NCBI GenBank assembly: GCA_043767805.1
Contig: JAYUGC010000117.1
Location: 1-11,606, forward strand
Reading direction: 5' to 3'
Origin: Pseudomonadota bacterium
GTDB taxonomy: Bacteria; Bdellovibrionota; FAC87; UBA2466
Length of the DNA stretch: 11,606 nt
Of the stretch, positions 7,354-11,606 are shown piece after piece. Within the stretch, counting starts at the first letter, position 1; every line of letters starts with the position of its first letter. Under the pieces are notes generated by a model. The model did not search any database. It was not told the DNA's origin and was given only the letters and a program-made list of their open reading frames with translations. The position numbers and the translations under genes are program-made.

Positions 7354-7961
7354 TGAACAGGAACATTTACTACCTTTCGCTTTGGATTTTTTTCAGCTGC
7401 CTACCTTCCGCGTCTGGGGCGAAGGAGCCAGAACTTAATATTTCGGTACTAGACACGTTTAAACCCGGCGTGATGACGAAGGCTGAGATCATCAAGTCGC
7501 TCGGCAGTCCCGAAGGCGGCAACGCGAAGGAAGAAAATTGGGAGTACAGCTCGAATGGCCATACAAGACTGAAAATTTCCTATGATCGAATCTCAAATGT
7601 GGTCGGCTCGATGACTTGGTACGTCCGTGAAGGGGATGCTGAGCGCCCACTGAGAAAAGCCATGGATAAATTTTCAGGCTCTAAGTGGCATCCCGACACG
7701 GTGGAATGGATTAGCCCTCATTCCTACCCTGACCAATGCTTTCTCAAAGATGACTCCAGAGGAATTGAAATCGAGTACACCATCGAAACTCAGAAAGTCG
7801 TCTCCATTAGACGCTGGGACCCGTCGAGAAAGTTGGCAAAGCTGGAGCCCCATAAGCAAGCTCCAAAGGTGTGTATTGACAGTCGCTGTGTTAACGCCAT
7901 GTCATCGAAAGAGTTTGCGGAAAAAACTTCTCTCGATGAATATTGCAAAGTTCCGCACTAG
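7353..7961 (+). CDS. Exported protein with an N-terminal BamE/SmpA-OmlA (BLIP-fold)-like motif
   Basis: ATG7353 overlaps the upstream stop (TGATG; in-frame GTG7350 also possible), with a GAAGAGGGG RBS. Hydrophobic N-terminus (YYLSLWIFFSCLPSASGA; weak lipobox FFSC or an SPase I site). LDTFKPGVMTKAEIIKSLGSPE...NWEY (7449-7547) fits the G-MT...LG-P...W-Y pattern. Four further Cys in the C-terminal half. Confidence 0.75.
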   Translation: MNRNIYYLSLWIFFSCLPSASGAKEPELNISVLDTFKPGVMTKAEIIKSLGSPEGGNAKEENWEYSSNGHTRLKISYDRISNVVGSMTWYVREGDAERPLRKAMDKFSGSKWHPDTVEWISPHSYPDQCFLKDDSRGIEIEYTIETQKVVSIRRWDPSRKLAKLEPHKQAPKVCIDSRCVNAMSSKEFAEKTSLDEYCKVPH

Positions 7962-8096
7962 CCTTGATTCTAAAGGCCAGAAATCGACCGAACACCAGAG
8001 AGATTATCCGAACTGAAATTTGATCCTGCGACCGCCTCTCCATCTAAGGCCCATAGTTCCTTGTGAGGGCCCTGCTACACTTATCCTCACTGTCCC

Positions 8097-8399
8097 TCAG
8101 CGACTGCGGTTTTGATTTACCGAGGCGATACTCCTGGCTCCTCTCTTGAACGTCTCCGACCGCTTGTCCAGGTCAGGCCTCACGGCTTGGGCATTCTTGA
8201 TCGCATCCTCCAGAGAAACCTTCTCCGCCATTAGGAGTGTGTTGATAGCGTCCATGGCGGGGAGCTTGAGAGTCTCGTAACTCGTTTTACCTGTTAGACC
8301 AGTAGTGGCTCGAAGGATTGAAAGTCGGCGATGTTTAGACTTTGGACTGGGGGTTCTGAGAACGTAGTATTTGGACTCTTTCTTGATCGAGCTACGCAT
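8097..8399 (-). pseudogene. 100-aa basic ORF, probable N-terminal remnant of the islet integrase (or a small DNA-binding protein)
   Basis: Strong RBS (GGAGG, 8403-8407 on the minus strand) just before the ATG. Starts ~75 nt downstream of the tRNA 3' end in the same orientation, a usual integrase position. K/R-rich N-terminus. No tyrosine-recombinase catalytic motifs (R...HxxR...H/W...Y) in the ORF, so the identity is inferred from position. Confidence 0.45.
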
Positions 8400-8472
8400 G
8401 GGTCCTCCACGGTAGCTCTATCGGAATCTGCGGTAAGGGTCCTACCACCACTTTTGTAAGTAGTTGAAAAGT

Positions 8473-8545
<73 letters not shown>

Positions 8546-8564
8546 GTAGGCAAGAAGACCCCGA

Positions 8565-8594
8565 GTTATAGCCTTAAGTACCCCCGCCAGGCAA
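8565..8594 (-). promoter_or_regulatory. Putative sigma70 promoter for tRNA-Cys
   Basis: Minus strand TTGCCT (8594-8589), 18 nt, TATAAC (8570-8565), then GC-rich TCGGGG, about 20 nt upstream of the tRNA 5' end. Confidence 0.5.
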
Positions 8595-8644
8595 CGCCCA
8601 AGCTAGTTTCGGGCGCAGCGCGCCACGGCCCCGCAAAGCCCCTA

Positions 8645-8653
8645 TGGTAAAAT
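8645..8653 (+). promoter_or_regulatory. Putative extended -10 promoter of ftsEX-envC
   Basis: TG-g-TAAAAT at 8645-8653, about 60 nt upstream of the ftsE ATG. No clear -35 box. Confidence 0.5.
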
Positions 8654-8715
8654 GAAACGTAGTCATCACACCTGGCCGCCTCTAACGGCACACGCCCAAA
8701 AAATCGGAAAAAAGC

Positions 8716-9411
8716 ATGAAGATGGTCCGCCTTTCGACGGTGGGGAAGGAATATGCCCCGGGTCGTTTTGCCCTCCAGCGCATCTCCTTCGATCTCGATC
8801 GCGGGGAGTTTGCCTATATCACCGGCTTTAACGGCGCCGGCAAAACCACGCTTTTGAAGCTGCTTTTCGCCATGGAACGGGCCACCGAGGGCTCCATCGT
8901 GGTCAATAATCGCGAGCTCACCGCCCTCACCAAGAACACCGTGCCCCAGTACCGACGCGAAGTCGGCTTCGTCTTCCAGGATTTCAAGCTGCTTCCCGAT
9001 CTCACGGTCGGCGAGAACGTGAGCCTTCCCCTCGAAATACGTAAAATGTCGAAGGGCGAGATCGATTACCGCGTCCGCGGCGTGCTCTCTCTCGTCGGTC
9101 TCGACGATCGCATCGACGATCCGCCGCTTCGTCTCTCGGGTGGCGAGCAGCAGCGTATCGCCATTGCCCGCTCCATCATCACGAAGCCCGTCTTGCTCCT
9201 CGCCGACGAGCCCACGGGAAACCTGGACAACCGCACCTCGCGTGAGATCATGTCCCTCTTCCAGGAAATCCACGAAATGGGCACGACGGTGCTGATTGCC
9301 ACCCACGACGAGCTTCTCATGGAAGATTTCCCCTCCCGCGTGATCCACCTCGAGCGAGGCCGGGTCAAGTCGGACACCGGGGGCAGATCCCTTAACGGAG
9401 GCGCCGCTTGA
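8716..9411 (+). CDS. ftsE: Cell division ATP-binding protein FtsE
   Basis: ABC ATPase with Walker A GFNGAGKT, VFQDFKLL, signature LSGGEQQR, LLADEPTGNLD and ATHD. 231 aa, directly followed by ftsX. Confidence 0.95.
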   Translation: MKMVRLSTVGKEYAPGRFALQRISFDLDRGEFAYITGFNGAGKTTLLKLLFAMERATEGSIVVNNRELTALTKNTVPQYRREVGFVFQDFKLLPDLTVGENVSLPLEIRKMSKGEIDYRVRGVLSLVGLDDRIDDPPLRLSGGEQQRIAIARSIITKPVLLLADEPTGNLDNRTSREIMSLFQEIHEMGTTVLIATHDELLMEDFPSRVIHLERGRVKSDTGGRSLNGGAA

Positions 9412-10310
9412 CCTTCAAATCCCGCGCTTTGCGTCGCAGTCTCTCCGATTTCAAGCGCCATCCGTGGCTCCACGTGGTCAGCATCTCGACCATCGTGGTG
9501 GCTCTACTGGTACTGGGCTCGTTTTTCATCTGCTTTCGCAATATCGAGCACCTCGCCGACAGAACGAGCCCTCAAGTCACCGGAACCGTGTACCTGAAAA
9601 ACACGCCGGCACCCGAAGCGCTCAAGGAGCTGAAAGAAAGGTTCTTGGGTCTCGAGCGAGTTCGCAAGGTCACCTATAAGGCGAAGGCCGCGGTGGTCGA
9701 AGAGCTTCACGGGTTTTTAGGCAGCGCGGGCGGCGGCGAAACCGGCCTTCCGGGGGGAGAGCTTTTCCCCGACGTCATGGAAATCGAGCTGGAGCCCAAT
9801 GCGCCCGCGAGCCATTTCCATGCGCTCACGGAAATCATCGGCCGTTTCCCCGAAGTCTCCGAAGTGGATTTTTCCGAAGATTGGCTCGCTCAATATAAGA
9901 AAGTTCGCAGCTTCATCGGTGCCTTCGGCCTGGTGCTCATGATTGCGGTCATCTTGGGTTGCGCTTTCATTACGGCGAACTTCATGGGCATCCGCTACCA
10001 GTCGCGCCGGGACGAGATCGACATCGTCCGTCTCATCGGAGCGACGCGCTCCTTTGTGCTGAAGCCCTTTCTCATCGAGGGAGCCATCGAGGGTGCCATC
10101 GGCGCCATCGTCGCCATCATCCTGCTCGCTGTGGGCTCTCAGCTCATCGCGACCGCGTTCTCCGTGCAATGGGGTACGCTCCTTGGCGTGAACGGCTGGC
10201 TCTTTCTCTCGGTCGGCCAGGTCGCGCTCATCCTGCTCCTCGGCACGGGCATCGCCTGCCTTGGTACGGTAACCGTATTCATGCGCTTCAAGGAACCCAG
10301 CTCTCGATGA
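9408..10310 (+). CDS. ftsX: Cell division permease FtsX
   Basis: TTG start overlaps the ftsE stop (TTGA), with a GGAGG RBS. TM1, a periplasmic domain and three C-terminal TMs. Motif RRDEIDIVRLIGATRSFVLKPFLIEG; 300 aa. Confidence 0.94.
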   Translation: MTFKSRALRRSLSDFKRHPWLHVVSISTIVVALLVLGSFFICFRNIEHLADRTSPQVTGTVYLKNTPAPEALKELKERFLGLERVRKVTYKAKAAVVEELHGFLGSAGGGETGLPGGELFPDVMEIELEPNAPASHFHALTEIIGRFPEVSEVDFSEDWLAQYKKVRSFIGAFGLVLMIAVILGCAFITANFMGIRYQSRRDEIDIVRLIGATRSFVLKPFLIEGAIEGAIGAIVAIILLAVGSQLIATAFSVQWGTLLGVNGWLFLSVGQVALILLLGTGIACLGTVTVFMRFKEPSSR

Positions 10311-11524
10311 AACCTTACCTTCTCCTGCTACTTGCTTTGGGCCTGTCGGCGAATCTGCGCGCTGAAGGCGAGGGCGACCTCGATTTGGGAGGCGCGGCCA
10401 AAGTCCGTCAGATGAAGGCCTACATCATCAAGGAGAAGCCAGAATTCGAAAAGCGCAAGCAACTGCAAACGAACATCGCCGAAGAGCTCGATTCCCTGAA
10501 CAACGAGCAAAATACGTTCCGCCACAAGACGGAAGCCATCGCCCTCAATCACGGCGAGCTCACCATGGCGCTCGAAAATCTGTCCATGGAGTTCGACAAG
10601 CAGAAGGCCGCCGAGACCCTGCAAAAGCAGCGGCTCGTCGCCCTCATGAAAGTCGTGAACCGCGTCCGCCGGGACGGGGTTTTGCGCTTTCTCTTGGACG
10701 GCTCCGATCTGGGCTCCTTATCGTCTCGCGCCCGCATGCTGTTTCGTGCGCTCAAAGCCCATTCCATGGTCGCCAAAGACATGGAAATTCGCTCGCTCCG
10801 GCTCGCCGAGAGTGAAAGAAAGATCGAAGCCGCTCGCAATGAAGCGAAGGTGCTGTGGGAAGAGCTCTCCGATCAAGAAAAGCTCTTAAACGGCGTTCTC
10901 GAGCGAAAAACGAAACTCCTCAGCCAAATCAATAAGCAGCAGAGCTATTTCCAGGCGATCTTGAGCGACTACGAGCGCGCTTCCAAAGAGATGAAGCAGC
11001 TCTTCCGAAAATTCGAAGCGCAGCGGGACGGCATCGGCAAGAACACTACCCGCCGCGGCACCATCGAGCTATTCCCCGTGGAGAGCGGCCGCATCGTTCG
11101 TCATTTCGGGCGTGAAGTGAACGATAAGTTTCAGACGGTCGTCTATCACAACGGCATCGAAATCGAAGCGCCTCACAATTCGCCCGTGGTTGCCGTTCTC
11201 CCCGGCGTCGTCGAGTACGAAGGCTGGGTCAAGGGCATGGGTAACATGGTCATCATCCACCATGGGGGCGGCTTCTACTCCGTGCACGCGCACCTTTATA
11301 CGGCTTCCGCTCATCAGGGCACCAACGTGAAGGCCGGAGAAGTCATCGGCATGGTCGGCGATACGGGCAATAGCGATAAGCCCAGCTTGTATTACGAGCT
11401 CCGTGCGGATGGTAAACCCGTCGATCCGCTGCTGTACTTCTCGTCGAAGGCCATGAAGACGCTGACGTATTATGCCGCGCCAGCGACTGTCGTCGCAGTA
11501 AGAACAGAAGTAACCATTCAGTAA
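10307..11524 (+). CDS. envC: Murein hydrolase activator EnvC family (coiled coil plus degenerate M23/LytM domain), ~405 aa
   Basis: The true start is ATG10307, overlapping the ftsX stop (ATGA), not 9959. Signal peptide MKPYLLLLLALGLSANLRA; long coiled coil; M23 domain FPVESG..FG...HNGIEI...GNMVIIHHGGG..SVHAHL...VGDTG....PSLYYELR..GKPVDP. Canonical position after ftsEX. Confidence 0.9.
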   Translation: MKPYLLLLLALGLSANLRAEGEGDLDLGGAAKVRQMKAYIIKEKPEFEKRKQLQTNIAEELDSLNNEQNTFRHKTEAIALNHGELTMALENLSMEFDKQKAAETLQKQRLVALMKVVNRVRRDGVLRFLLDGSDLGSLSSRARMLFRALKAHSMVAKDMEIRSLRLAESERKIEAARNEAKVLWEELSDQEKLLNGVLERKTKLLSQINKQQSYFQAILSDYERASKEMKQLFRKFEAQRDGIGKNTTRRGTIELFPVESGRIVRHFGREVNDKFQTVVYHNGIEIEAPHNSPVVAVLPGVVEYEGWVKGMGNMVIIHHGGGFYSVHAHLYTASAHQGTNVKAGEVIGMVGDTGNSDKPSLYYELRADGKPVDPLLYFSSKAMKTLTYYAAPATVVAVRTEVTIQ

Positions 11525-11554
11525 AAAAGGTGGCGCGCTACGCGCGCGGCATCT
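11524..11554. terminator. Possible intrinsic terminator (A-tract on the left, so best oriented for a minus-strand transcript)
   Basis: A-run followed by AGGTG-GCGCG-cta-CGCGC-gcgg-CATCT immediately after the envC stop. Confidence 0.35.
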
Positions 11555-11606
11555 GATATCTGCGGAATTAAGGGGAGCGGATAAAGGTGGGGAGTTTCCC
11601 GGCGAA

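Noticed and set aside
7353..7961. Calling this gene the housekeeping bamE
   Set aside because: About twice the usual length, with a weak lipobox, lying in a low-GC islet. Only the fold motif is shared.
8566..9473. Antisense ORFs (260 aa, 135 aa) over ftsE
   Set aside because: Typical shadow ORFs of ABC ATPase genes; ftsE is unambiguous on the plus strand.
9959..10306. 116-aa N-terminal extension of the envC ORF
   Set aside because: Overlaps ftsX out of frame and reads as R/H-rich nonsense. ATG10307 gives a signal peptide and ATGA coupling.
11568..11606. Possible 3' end of a convergent minus-strand gene (FAGKLPTFIRSP*)
   Set aside because: Only 13 codons are visible, too few to support.

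Overview
GC-rich bacterial chromosomal segment; the gene styles suggest Bdellovibrionota/deltaproteobacteria, but that is inference only. From left to right: the 3' end of an unknown CDS; a divergent-clade membrane pyrophosphatase (hppA) with the Lys-type K+-independence signature; a small membrane-anchored Cys-containing protein; and a large secreted protein with two degenerate phospholipase-D-type HxK...G(S/T)xN motifs. Next is a ~2.5 kb lower-GC genomic islet in the 3' half of a minus-strand tRNA-Cys(GCA) gene, bounded by a perfect 47-bp direct repeat (5970-6016 / 8473-8519). The window ends with a translationally coupled ftsE-ftsX-envC operon. The islet has no intact integrase, only a 100-aa basic ORF at the position an integrase would occupy. 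Its cargo is a coupled two-gene cassette: a secreted Cys-rich HExxH zinc-metallopeptidase-like protein and an exported protein with a BamE/SmpA (BLIP-fold)-like motif. This candidate enzyme/inhibitor (effector/immunity) pair and the orphan PLD-superfamily protein are the most novel-looking items. All calls come from reading the sequence; no searches were run.
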